In this document: in pieces, positions 13,601 through 25,410 of the stretch
Layout: each line of letters opens with the position of its first letter
How positions within the stretch are numbered: position 1 is the stretch's first letter
Assembly: GCA_964247055.1 (NCBI GenBank)
Contig: OZ176054.1
Coordinates: 7,378,001-7,442,000 of the forward strand
Direction of reading: 5' to 3'
DNA: 64,000 bases
DNA from: Paragordius varius
Lineage: Eukaryota; Animalia; Nematomorpha
The notes under the pieces: model-generated
The model's database searches: none
What the model saw: only the letters and a program-made list of their open reading frames with translations
Told to the model about the DNA's origin: nothing
Program-made: the position numbers and the translations under genes

Positions 13601-16600
13601 ACTTTTAGAATGTATTTTACTTTTAAACCTTAGAATTTAATTTATATATAGCTTTTTAATTTTATACGTTTTATAGAAATCTAAATCGATAGAAAAACTT
13701 ACACCCGATAACTCAAGCAATGCAAGTCATAATCTCATAGCTTATGGGATTGATTCTCATAAAATTGTTTTTGCCTGTTTGAAAGCATGTACACCCAGGA
13801 CATGTGAACCCAGGAAACATTTACGAAAATTAAAAATAACTTTTAATAATAATAAAAATAATAATAATTCGTCGAATCTCAACAATCAATCGACATCTTT
13901 TGACGAATCTATCAGTATACACATTTATAATTTAATATCTAAAATAAAAAAATATTAATGCATTTTTTTTTCATCCAAAATGAGACTTTTTTTACTATAT
14001 GGATTGGTGTTATAAGCGAAATAGATTTGAAAAAATTAACAAAATTTTTTCAAGTGTTTTTATTTGAAAATATAAATTTCGTTGTAGGCTACTTTTCTCT
14101 GATTTTGATTTTTTTTAGACATAAGTGTTATTTTTGGATAAAAATATATGTTGTTATTATATAAATATTGCCATTGATTGTAAAAACAATATATAATGAA
14201 GATTATGACAAAAAATCATAGGTCGTTCTTTCTCCAGCAATTGCTAAGAACGTAACTTGCGATCGAGACATTCCTTTGGTTTAAGTTCGTTTTTGAGCCT
14301 ATATTTTTAATTAAAATTTATTAATAGATCTTGAAATAAAATGTTAGCTTTTAGACTGAATTAAAAATTAAGGCGTAAAAAATTTTAACCAATATAATTG
14401 GGTAGGGTTGAATATTTATCAGTAAATTAGTTTAAATTATTTTTGAATTTTATTTGTTTTTCAAGGCTCACAATCTTCAGTTCATCTTGCGCCAACTCAC
14501 CATCATAACCAAAACAAAACTCAGGGACGGGCTAAATGGCTTTATCCATATACTGTGCAAAATCCAGGATTCAAATACCAATATAAATCGACGCAATATT
14601 CAACACATATGAATCATGTAAATGTCCATAAGGAAAAACCTAACAATGATATATCAAGTATTTTTGATTTTAACTCTTTATGCAATTTCATATAATACTG
14701 TGTGTTTTAGATCAAATTTACTTTCATTATTATTAGAAGCACAAAATAATTTTGGTAAAATAAAAAAAAATGAAGGACATTTTAGAGTTTGTGCTAATCC
14801 ACAAAAATTTATCAAAAAAATAATGGTTTCGTATGTTTTTGAATATAGTATAAATAGCCTAGTTTGAAAGAGGAACAGATTTTAACCACCTTCCTTATGG
14901 GAAATTATTATTTTATTGAAATGTTACCAGCAAAAGTATGAAAACTTGAGCTCAAAGATAGAAATTAAGAATCATTAAAATAGAATAGTTTGTTATTATT
15001 TAAATCATGCTACCATGTTGCAGATGAGCGCAGAAATTTTACAAGATTTTTACTGTATAAGATATATATAAATATTTAACAAATTGGATTTTAACTAGGT
15101 TTATATTATTATAAAAATATTTACGTATCGTTTTTGCTGTAATGGGTAGCCAGTGTATCCGTATAGAAGCTGCCTATAATATTTGCGTCCCTCTCAGGCG
15201 TTACATCGATGTTGGCAAGACTTTAAGTCATTAGCTATTGTTTTCTCAGCCAAAGGTTGGTCTCCTACTACGGTTGTTGCCTCCAGGATGTAGGGATAAA
15301 ATTTTATTCTTTTAAGTATTATATTTAAGGGTTTAATTTGATAGAGTTGATGGTTTGAATATGAGCGATTGAGGGCGAATCTACATACCATTATTTTAAC
15401 TTGACAAAATTTACCAAATATAAAGGTGTAACTTGGAAATTTTTTAAATAAGTATTTAAAATCATTTTTTGAACTGAGACATATGAATTCATTTTATAAG
15501 CTATATTTTATTTATTGATAATTATAGGTGATGGTGACTCTCAAAACACAACGAATACATTTGAGTCCAATCAGGATATGATCAATTTAAACGACTTCAA
15601 TATCGAAAATTTAACATCGTTTATGAATCAAAGTAACCATTTTATCACGAAATACTAATTATTTTTATTAAAATCTGTAAAAAAAATTCTTACTTAGTTA
15701 AGATATGTGACAATTATTTCATCTTTGAGTTTTGAAATATATTATATTTATAGATAAAATAATTATTTTTAATTTAGATACACCTCTTATAAGTCATCAT
15801 AATGGTGAAAATACCATTGCAATAACACCTTGTAATATTTTAAGTGCAATTGATACGGAATATACAGAGTATTTACAACACAACCAAAAATCAAATCAAA
15901 ATAATATGAAAATTAAAAACAATGACACTTTAAATAAAGGTACTATATATTTTTATATGATTATGTTAGGGGTTAAATAATTTTTTATAAAGTTAAAATT
16001 CAAAATTATTACTAATTTTAGGTCCACATATGGAGGAACCCATGCAAATCAATGATGTCCCAAATCATGAATTACCCAATCTCGGTATTTTTTAATATAT
16101 TCACCAATTTTTTCAATCAAAATGAACGAAATTTATTAAGTCATGGTTTAAAAGTTATATACTCTACCCGTTGTTTATGACGCCTATTGTGTAAAAAATA
16201 ATTTTTTTAATCCGTATCACTAAAGTATATCATATAAGTAATAAATAACCTTTATTACCCTTTTTTGATTAATATAATATCGTTTAGCATATTGAAAAGG
16301 AACAAATTGCAAATTTATTATTTTGACTCAAATTGGAAACTATTTGATTTTAATAACATTTTACGCAATTTTATCTATTTTTAAGTGCAAGATGATATAC
16401 AGGGATTAATTATTTTACCGGATTATTTTACCATATATTCTAAACTACTCAAATTAAATATGTTATTGTAATTGAATTAGGTAGTTAAAGTTTTTATATA
16501 AAATTATGTTATTATATTAATTAAATGTTGCGTCAAATTTTGACTTCTTTCCTGATTTTATGCTATTAAGTGTTTCTGCTTTTAATATATGGCAGTATTG

Positions 16601-19600
16601 TAGGCGAAATCAGAGTTTATTATACTCTTAATTAAAAGTCTACCAAATTAATTTGGTTCATCTTAAAAATTCAAGATAGGTATTAAGGTAAGCCCAAGTT
16701 TAATTGTCAAAAAATAAGTCATGATCTTTACATATCCCATTAAAGTACTTTGTATGGGCTAAATCTGGAAAAAAATTGAATGAATCTATTTATTATTTTT
16801 GCGATGATTTATATCTAATATAGTGGTGTTTAAATTTTTGTATAGGACCATTCCTTACGACAATCTTAACACTTGTGGATCGGATACCATGGAATAGTTT
16901 ATACTTTAATTTAGCGCTCACTAGATTAGTTTCTAGACTGTGTGCTTTCCCATGTCCCTTGCTACAAAGTATATTGTTAAATACCCAGGCGTCAGTTAAA
17001 CCCGAAGTTTTTACACTCTATAAGGTATATATTTAGTGAACACTTTTTAAGCTTCTGAAAAAAATTATCTAATCAAAAGATATATGAAAATATATTGTAT
17101 TATACTAAACCAACACAGATACTTGAACGCGTTGTAAAACGGTTGTTGGAATTTCAACTTACCCAAGATTTTTATCGCTCTTCTGCACACATTGCGGGCT
17201 CATACCCTACCATGCAGTCTGAAAAATCAGATCCAAATCCTAACCTAAAACATCCAACGAAAGCACATACAAACTTTGAAACAGGCAATAGCAAAACCAC
17301 CGAAAATGCTCAAAACTTTTTATCCAGTCCTCATGGTTCAAAATGTGCTCAATCCCTACAACAGCTAGTTTGTAAGGCCGAAACTTTCTTGGATGCAAAA
17401 GAACGAATTTATGCTAAACGTCTAGCATATTCAAGGTATGGACCTACTGGACTACGTGCCCCTAAACAATGTAAAGATGCAAAAACTAAAAACCAAACTA
17501 ATGAAAATGCGCATTACTCAGAAATTTCTAACCACCTTAAATATAATTACCCCATGTATAATAATAACAACGAAAAATCGACCTTTTTTATTGATGATAC
17601 GTCGAATGAGGATTTCCTACGTGCACAAACGATATATAATTCTCACGGTGACAACAATCGAGCCCTGTCATTTATGTCAAGCGAGTTTAATCCTTGCGAT
17701 ATTTATCAATGTATATATTTTTTTAAGATCATTTTATAGCTAGCAGTAATGATTAAACAGGAGTAAACGGGCCGCATGCGGCCCTCCTAGCTAAAAATAA
17801 AATATCAAATTTTATAATTAAATAATTGTATTAATAAAATATGGGCAAAATTGATATTTTTTGAACAAATTTTCTGAATAATTTTTCCAAATTTTGGCAG
17901 GAAATAAAAAAATGGTAATAATATTGGATTTAGCTTTATATGTTTGAAAAAATCAATAAATATTTAATGGCGATGTATTTTTAGAATGCAGCCCGCTGAA
18001 TTTTTTGAATCAAAAAGTCGGTCCACGAAGCTGTTTGTGGACAATTAAACTAAAAGTTTAGTGAAATATTATTATGTGCTTATTAATAACTCGGTTCTTA
18101 TTTCAATCTTTTGGTAAACTTTACATATAAATTCCTTTTTACTTAGAACCTTTCTGTATATTTATGTTAAAAATGTAGCTCACGATTACGCCCAGGTGTT
18201 TGGAAATGTTAAAAATATTCATGATATAAATGAATCGAAAAATGCAAATTTAATTGAGCACAAAAGTATAGTTACGGGTCAACAGGATGTAATTCACGAA
18301 AAGGAATCATCATTGTCCAAAATGTCTGGATTACTTTTTCGGTTTCTCTATATTATTTTTTATAAATTTCACTGGACAACAAATTTTTCTGCCACTCAAG
18401 TTTTTTGCATTTTCTGATATTTAGTATCATTTTAACAGTAAATCTGAAATAAAAATTATAACTCGATGGAAGAATTTTGTATAATTTGATTTTTTTGATT
18501 ATGCGCCCTCTTTATCAAAATTTTACTAAAAAATGTTTTACTTTGAAAATATACAAGTAATGCCCATTTGTAATATATCATTCGAAAGAGTAATAAAAAC
18601 TCTATAAATTGCATACTAATATGTATTACATCGACAGTTAATATTGGACACAAAGAGTGACAAACGCGCGAAGCGAGAGCATTTTTTTTAATTAATATAT
18701 TTTTAAAACTCATGGATGAAAATAGCTCAAACCTTGTTTAGATGGTGATGAATGTCCAAAAAAGATAACACAAGAAAGTTTTTTTGATTAAAACATTTTT
18801 TATTGATTTTATGTCACTAAAACAGCCGTTTTTTTTTATTTTTAAAAATTACCATCTCATCAATTTAATTTATTTTCTTTACGAGGCTGTAATTTCGAAA
18901 TTTTAAAGATAAAAACAAAGTTTAAGGTATTTTTGATCTTCTATAGCCATTATGTAATAAATTTACAGTTATAACTATGCATTTTAGTATCCACTAGGTA
19001 AAATATTTATGAGAATAATAATTTTATTAAAAAAGCAAACCAAAAGCTTTTTCAAACATTTTTTTTAAATTAAATACTAATATAACCCTAATAATTATAT
19101 TAAAATAATTTATATGATTTTCAAATTAGTTTGTCTGTGAAATTCTTGACTCATTTAAGGATGAAAATTTCGACCATTTATATCCAAATAACTTTTACAT
19201 TTGATTGATTTAAATGACTTACTACCATTTAAAAGATGCAGTTTTTTTCGCTCTTTCGAATGATATAAAATACATGGCTTCATATCTAAAATTTTTGATT
19301 TTCGAAATTTCGAGTTTAATGTTAAATCGGGGCCAAAAATTATCGATAAACTCTAATATAAAAAAATTCTTGCATGCTAGACCAATTCTCTTTTCAGATA
19401 TACTAATTATGTACTTTAATGAAATAAATTTAAAATTTACAAGAATAGCAGTTAAAAAAAGTTAAAATTTGTTGTCTAGTGTTATGTAAAATAGTGGGGT
19501 CGTAAACTCAAATACGATTTTTATTGACAAAGCGTTTGAAATATATTTGTGTGTTAGGTTTACTAACTAAAAAGGTTTATTTATCTTAAACCTTCAATAA

Positions 19601-20145
19601 ACATCGATACAAAACTATTAATTGCATTCCTTACATATAATATATTTTTTAACTTTAAATCCTTAAAATATGCCTAATTGATTCCAGATTTAAGCTATTC
19701 TATTTTATACATTTTACAACAACATTTTTACGGTATGTATAATAGGTTTGGTAAAAAGGCAGTTCCATTAACATCTCCTATTAGTAAGGATATGAATTAC
19801 AAAAATTTACAAGATTTAAGTGCTCTGACACAGGCAAATGACCAAAATTTAACACTGTCAAACACTCACACCCCTTTTTCTATACCACAATCAAGCGTCT
19901 CTCAAACCAAAATTGAGATTGAAGAAAAAAACACTCATGCATTTCTTTCGTTTCCGGCTAAAAATGCAGCTTATGCCACCATTGTCCTTAGTGAATGGTG
20001 TAAGGAATTGTCAACTTTGGCTTCGGAAATGTCGATAGCACTTTTGATAATTTTACAGAGTACTGCCACAGCGAATATCATCCCTTTTCCCCTCAACAAC
20101 AGATTGGAAAGGGTTTCGCTTAAGGACGATGGCAAATCGCTGTAA
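7692..20145 (+). CDS. FHIP1: FTS and Hook-interacting protein FHIP1 (FAM160A-like), multi-exon
   Basis: Phase-consistent exons: 7692-7717 and 7942-8014 (tentative), 8516-8629, 8654-8827, 8852-9113, 9191-9288, 10074-10232, 10788-10874, 11426-11540, 11887-11948, 12034-12113, 13111-13270, 13677-13914, 14466-14657, 15528-15632, 15778-15939, 16022-16084, 16846-17024, 17119-~17684, 18147-18341, 19746-20145. Motifs match FAM160A as I recall it: QLKIYQILL..HKPILRPLL, GQLARNALL, TSTAYLE, LVDLNCEDIM..RYLIPCNH, GPFLTTIL..FPCPLLQSILLN, KNAAYATIVLSEWCKEL. Confidence 0.92.
10384..10635. mobile_element. Small MITE-like element in an FHIP intron
   Basis: Imperfect terminal inverted repeats cacaggcttagcttg / ctagctatgcctctg, with GC-rich subterminal gcgccc motifs around an AT-rich core. 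Confidence 0.45.
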
Positions 20146-21095
20146 AAATTATATCAATTTTACGAAGAAATTACATGGTAATTAAAAGATTATAGCTGCT
20201 TTTGAATATTATTTTGTATTAAAATTTTAATTTTTATTTATGTTTATTTTTGTTAACTTTACCATTATACTACGGAAATTTAAGAGTTACACAAAATTTA
20301 ATTAAAGATGGTTTTAAATTTATTTTTGTTAATAAGACATATTTTTAAATAGATCATTATTTTTTCATAATATGTAATGTTTTAATTTTAGTTTAAGTAT
20401 TATGATAAAATTTAGGAAATTTCATATAACATCGCCGAAATATTAAAAAAATAGATATTGAGTGTCTGACAAAAAAATAAATTTATTTTTTAAATATTCG
20501 TAAAATTACAAATCCCCATTTTATCTGCAATCATTTCAGATTTGTGAAGATATGAAGATCATGTGTTTGAAGCGTTTAATTTGACCCACACCTGATATTT
20601 CACCAAAAAAAGATTGGATGAAAAAATTCAAAAAATTTGCTAACATCAAGAAAAATGGTTAATAATGTTGGTTTATTATATGTTATGTTTTTTTATTTTT
20701 TAAAGACGTATATAATCTTCTTGCACCTTGCCATATCAACTTATGCAATCACAATTTATTTATATTGATAATTATTTATTATTATTGATATTATTCCAAG
20801 CAATAATTAGTAGGCATATATTTCTTATTATATGGCATTTGACGAAATTATACTCGCTGTAGTGTATAATGTTTATTGTACAAGACAAAATAAATTTATA
20901 TTTTATTCTAATCAAATATTTTATTAATTACAACTAATTTTATCAAGTTTTAATATACATCGGTCGTTTTTTATAATGGCTGCTGTGATTAAGCCGACAT
21001 TGATTTAACTTGAGTTTATTAAATTTTCAATATTAAAAATAGAAAATGTTTGCAAACGTATTATGGATGATTATTATAGTGCACTGTAAGCAAAC

Positions 21096-21379
21096 ATAAT
21101 ATTAATTGTAATAACAGTTGTTAAAATCCGTAATATAACGATAAAAAATCGATATGTGAAAACCCCAAGTCAAATAATTGTGTCGTACTGATGAGTGCTA
21201 ACAAGCACGAAACTAGTCTGCGATTACTATTGACGAAGGGTTTCACATATCGTTTATAATTTCTATTTATAATTTCATTTAATTATATTTAATTATCCTT
21301 TATCGTTATATTACGGATTTTAACAACTGTTATTACAAAACATAACCAATCCGTTAATTACCATTATAATATTAATTGT
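21096..21379 (+). mobile_element. 270-bp inverted-repeat insertion with 14-bp target-site duplication, containing a hammerhead ribozyme (Penelope-like/retrozyme-type remnant)
   Basis: Direct repeat ataatattaattgt at 21096-21109 and 21366-21379. Perfect 38-bp inverted repeat at 21107-21144 / 21300-21337. The paralogous site near 35770 has one copy of the target and no insert. Confidence 0.85.
21183..21223 (+). ncRNA. Minimal type I hammerhead ribozyme
   Basis: TCGTA (stem I 5') - CTGATGA (21188-21194) - GTGCT aaca AGCAC (stem II) - GAAA - C TA GT (palindromic ACTAGT mini stem III) - C21218 (GUC cleavage triplet) - TGCGA (stem I 3'). Stem I extends outward via gtcaa/ttgac and cgatatgtgaaaaccc/gggtttcacatatcg. 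Confidence 0.88.
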
Positions 21380-21406
21380 CATTGATTAAAAAGATAAGGT
21401 CCAATA

Positions 21407-22053
21407 TATACCATTTGTACTTCAAGAGTGTCCTTGAACACTTCAAGTTGGTCTTTGAACATTTCAAGTTGGTCCTTGAACAATTCAAGTTGGTCCTTGA
21501 ACAGTTCAAGTTGGTCCTTGAACAATTCAAGCTGGTCCTTGAACATTTCAAGTTTGTCCTTGAACACCTTAAGTTGGTCCTTTGACTTTTTTGTTTTGTT
21601 TTTAATTTTTATCAATCAAATCGTAAAAAATTCATGTATTTTATTGTTTTTAACCTATTTTCTATCATTTACATAGATTTTAAATCGATATCAACTTTTA
21701 ATCTTTGAGAAACCGTATATCTTTATTGATTTCTTAAAATAATTTTGGATATTTATAAGATTTTAACACGAAATGAAAAATATAAAAGTTTTTTGGGTTA
21801 TTAATTAAAATTTTTCATTGAAAACATTTAAAAGTCAATAATTTTGTTCAATTGAAAAAAAATAGTTTGAAACAAAAAAGTGGTTTTTCAATAAAAAAAT
21901 TTATTTTTAAATGAATAAATATATAATAAATAAAAAAAATTAGGTTAATAAATAATAAAATTAAAAAATAAATGCAAAAATTATGGTTAAATCAAAATTT
22001 TTAAATTTTAAGGACCAACTTGAAATGTTCAAGGACACTTTTGAAGTGCAAAT

Positions 22054-22059
<6 letters not shown>
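21407..22059. mobile_element. MITE/foldback-like element, family 1, with 21-bp subterminal tandem repeats
   Basis: ~34-bp terminal inverted repeat tataccatttg(c/t)acttcaagagtgtccttgaaca. About 8 copies of ttcaagttggtccttgaaca(a/c/t) in the left arm. TA at both ends. Absent from copy B. Confidence 0.85.
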
Positions 22060-22090
<31 letters not shown>

Positions 22091-22259
22091 TGAGTAAGTA
22101 TACATTGCTAGAAAGTTTTTAATTATTGCCAAAATGTAAAGAAAACAAAGGGCAGTATCGCTTATAGTTATTTTTTTCATTTATTATTATTAGCCAATTA
22201 TACTGCCTTTTTGTTTTTTTGTGGCAATAATTAACATTCTAGCAATGTATACTTATTCA
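22091..22259. mobile_element. 169-bp palindromic MITE with TA flanks
   Basis: Arms tgagtaagtatacattgctagaa..aattattgcca and tggcaataattaacattctagcaatgtatacttattca. TA on both sides. Absent from copy B. Confidence 0.75.
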
Positions 22260-22399
22260 TAATGTATATTACAAACATTGACCTTGCTAGATGAAGGAAG
22301 CAAAACATTCATATTATTAGCCAAAAATCTTCTTTTCGTTTAATTTGAAAAGCTATATTATTTTTTTAGAAGACTCTAGTTTTAATTCATAAATGTATT

Positions 22400-23091
22400 T
22401 TTTATTTAAGAAGAACCATAATATTCTGGCCAGCGTCAATAATTTCTTTCATTGTTAAATGTTGGAGCATGGCTGATGTTTATAGTTTTGTTATTAGTTA
22501 TAATTATCGTTAATAATTTTAACACTAGAGATTCGTTTATAGACATCGTCATAATATCATGCTTTAAGATTTACCAGGTGACCGAAAACGAATAAATAAG
22601 GTCAGGATCTGAAAGTTTCCATATCCTTTGATTTTTTGCCAAGATTTGTATTCATAAAAACGCGATTTTTGCGTTAAGATTTTATTTAGTTACCTGTTGT
22701 GACATGAATTTCAATTGATGACCTGACTATAATCGCGCATTCAAATACCGTATTAAATTTTAATATGGCTATAAGAGTCTTAAAAAAATTATTTGGTAAT
22801 CATCATTTTTTGGGGGGGACTATCCAAGAGCAAATTTAAAAAAGCGCTCAATTATGATATATACCTTAATGCAAATAAGGCTCAACGGGGCTAAATCAAA
22901 ATATGTGTTGACTATTTGACGCTTTCATGAATGAAAAATAATTCAAAAACATCATATTAAAAGAGTTGAATATAAATAATACCCTTTAAATGTCTTGTCT
23001 GTTCATTCAATGAACATTGTAAAGTAGACGTTAGATTGGGGAAAATTAGCCAGATAAAGATTAGCTTTAAAACACCAATTTTAATATCCAT
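22400..23091 (-). CDS. Putative small secreted-protein gene (5' exons), disabled in copy B
   Basis: ATG 23091 reads MDIKIGVLKLIFIWLIFPNLTSTLQC...HLK with a phase-1 donor at 22982. Phase-1 exons follow near 22768-22693, 22626-22575 and from about 22466. Copy B lacks the ATG and donor and has frameshifts. Confidence 0.35.
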
Positions 23092-23759
23092 ATATGTAGA
23101 CAAGGAGATAAATAATCAATGGCATAAACTCCTAATAAATAAAATTAAATCTTTCTGTGCAATAATATTGATGAATTATTTTTATATTCTATTATTTATC
23201 TGTCTAAATCAGGGATATGTCAACCCAGGCAGCATTTCCCACTCTAAGAATTCGGCGCGCATTCGAAAAATCAAGATGATTAGTAATATAAATATTTTTT
23301 AGATTCCAAACATAAGATCAAGTTAAAAATTATGCAAAAATACAACTATTATTTTTTAAACATTTTACTCAAAAGTATGATCAATTTTACAGCATATTTT
23401 TTGCAAAATTTGGTATTTATTTAGTTAATAATTTTCCAAAATTATTGCTGGCCGCATACAATATGTCGGATGGTCGCATGTAACCCGCATGTTGGTCACC
23501 CTGGCCTAAATATTGGACGAAATAACTGTAAAACTCAATACGACTAGGAAGCGACCTTCATTTTAAAAAATTCAACTAGAGGTTCCATTTTTTCTGTCAA
23601 AAATGCAAACTCATTCTGCCTCAAAAAATAAATCATAATCTTTATATAAAATAAATTTATTTTACAAAAACATAAAATTCATACAATGTATATAATATAA
23701 AAATCATTAACATACATAACTTTAGAAATCATTAGATAATATAATTACAAATAATGATA

Positions 23760-25380
23760 TGCGTGGGTAAAACATGGTGTGCATGATAGGTTGAATGGCA
23801 CACGTTGTAAGGGAGAAGGGAAGGTATAGTAAAATTAAAGGTGAGAGTGATCATTTTTAGGCAAAAATAAAAAATAGATCCAAATATATAGGAGATGTTA
23901 TGGAGTTTAGGATGTATATATGTAAGGTGAGGTGTGGTGAGAGGTGATGATAGGTATGTAATATCGTAAGGATAGAGAATGTATGTGTTGATGTAATGTA
24001 AAAATATGTTGGGATATAATTTAATATAAAATTAAAAAAATAATCATCAAATAATAAAATATCCAAAAATAAGGAAATGTAATAAGTGAGTGAGGATGTC
24101 GTTTTGTAAGGTTAGGAGGTGAGATAGATGATTTTGTAATGATGGTGAATGGAAGATATGTATTGATGTTGTTCAAAGGAATATAATGTATAAAAAATCA
24201 ATTATAAAATAAAAATTCAAAAATAAGGCGATGTAATAAGTGTGAGACGATGTTTTTGTAAAGTGAGGAGATATGATGAGAGTAAATGGTAGGGTCTTTT
24301 GTAACGTATAGTATATGCAAATAAAAAATATATCAATAAAATAAAAAAGATCCCAAAAAATAGATATAATAATGTCCAAAAGTAAATAAAAGATGTGATG
24401 ATGCGATGTGTATGTAAGGTGAGATGGGTTAAAGTGTAAGTGTAATAAATGGTAATGGAGGATATGTGTTGATGGAATGTAAAAAATTAGAAAAGTATCC
24501 AAAATATAAGTAGGAGATGAGAAGTGTATGAGTGTGTTTATGTAATGTAAGGTGTTTGGTGATAAAAATAAATGGTAGGTGATTTGTAGGTATATGTGTT
24601 GGTGTAATGTAAAGTAATATAGTTAAATAAAAAATGTCAAAAATAAATAGGATATGTAAATAGTTCAAAAACTATTCTATATGTAAGGTGATGACTGATA
24701 AAAAAATTTAATGGTCGATGATTGCTAAGTAAAGTTTATGGACCTTTGTGTTGATGTAATTGTTAAGGAATATAATTGAGTCAAATAATAGATGTGATGA
24801 TTTATATGTAAAGTGGGTGAGGTGTGATGGTAATTAATGGATGATTTCGTAAGGATAATAAATGGAAGATATGTCTTGATGTAAAGTAATATGAAAATAT
24901 AATTTAAATAAAATAAAAAATATCCAAAACTAAATAAGAGTATCCAAAAAAATAAGTTGATGTAAGGTAAAGTGAGATAAAGGTTAGGTGATTTTGTAAG
25001 GATAATAAAGTAAGATGATTCATGTTGATGTAGTGTAAAGGAATATAGTTTAATAAAATAAAAAATAGTGTAGAAAAAATGTATAGGAGATGTGGTGGTG
25101 TAAATGTTAGGTGAAGTGAGGTTGATAAAATGGTATGTGATTTGGTAAGGATAAAGAATTTATCCAAAAAGTTTGATGTAATGAGTATAATGTGTGTGTA
25201 TGTGTATGTGTGTGTTAGATGTGTTGAGATGAGATGAAGTAAGATGTAAGGGAATTATTTGGGCAAAAGTAGAATATGAATGAAAGTAAAAATAATATAT
25301 AAAATAAATTACGATTGTAGAATATGCATATATAATTATAATAAAATGTATATAAAATGGAATATGTGTTGATAGTTTTG
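23760..25380. repeat. Degenerate ~140-bp G-rich/C-poor satellite, copy A
   Basis: Recurring gatgtaatgtaaag, tatccaaaaataa and gtaaggtgaggtg modules at about 130-180-bp spacing. Extreme G-over-C skew on the + strand. Confidence 0.85.
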
Positions 25381-25410
25381 AATTCGATTGGGCAACCCAT
25401 ACAACCAACA

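Noticed and set aside
17750-18050. gcggcc-containing block as a possible FHIP exon
   Set aside because: Splicing it in phase 1 creates a stop. The motif resembles common MITE subterminal sequence, also seen near 2341, 23450 and 62460.
21420-21580. Short direct repeats resembling a CRISPR array
   Set aside because: The units are contiguous with no unique spacers, no cas genes are present, and the context is eukaryotic.
21376-21676. Three overlapping repetitive ORFs (LEQFKLV, KDQLELF, SSWSLN repeats) resembling heptad or coiled-coil proteins
   Set aside because: They are translations of the 21-bp subterminal repeats of a MITE with terminal inverted repeats and a second copy at 47341.
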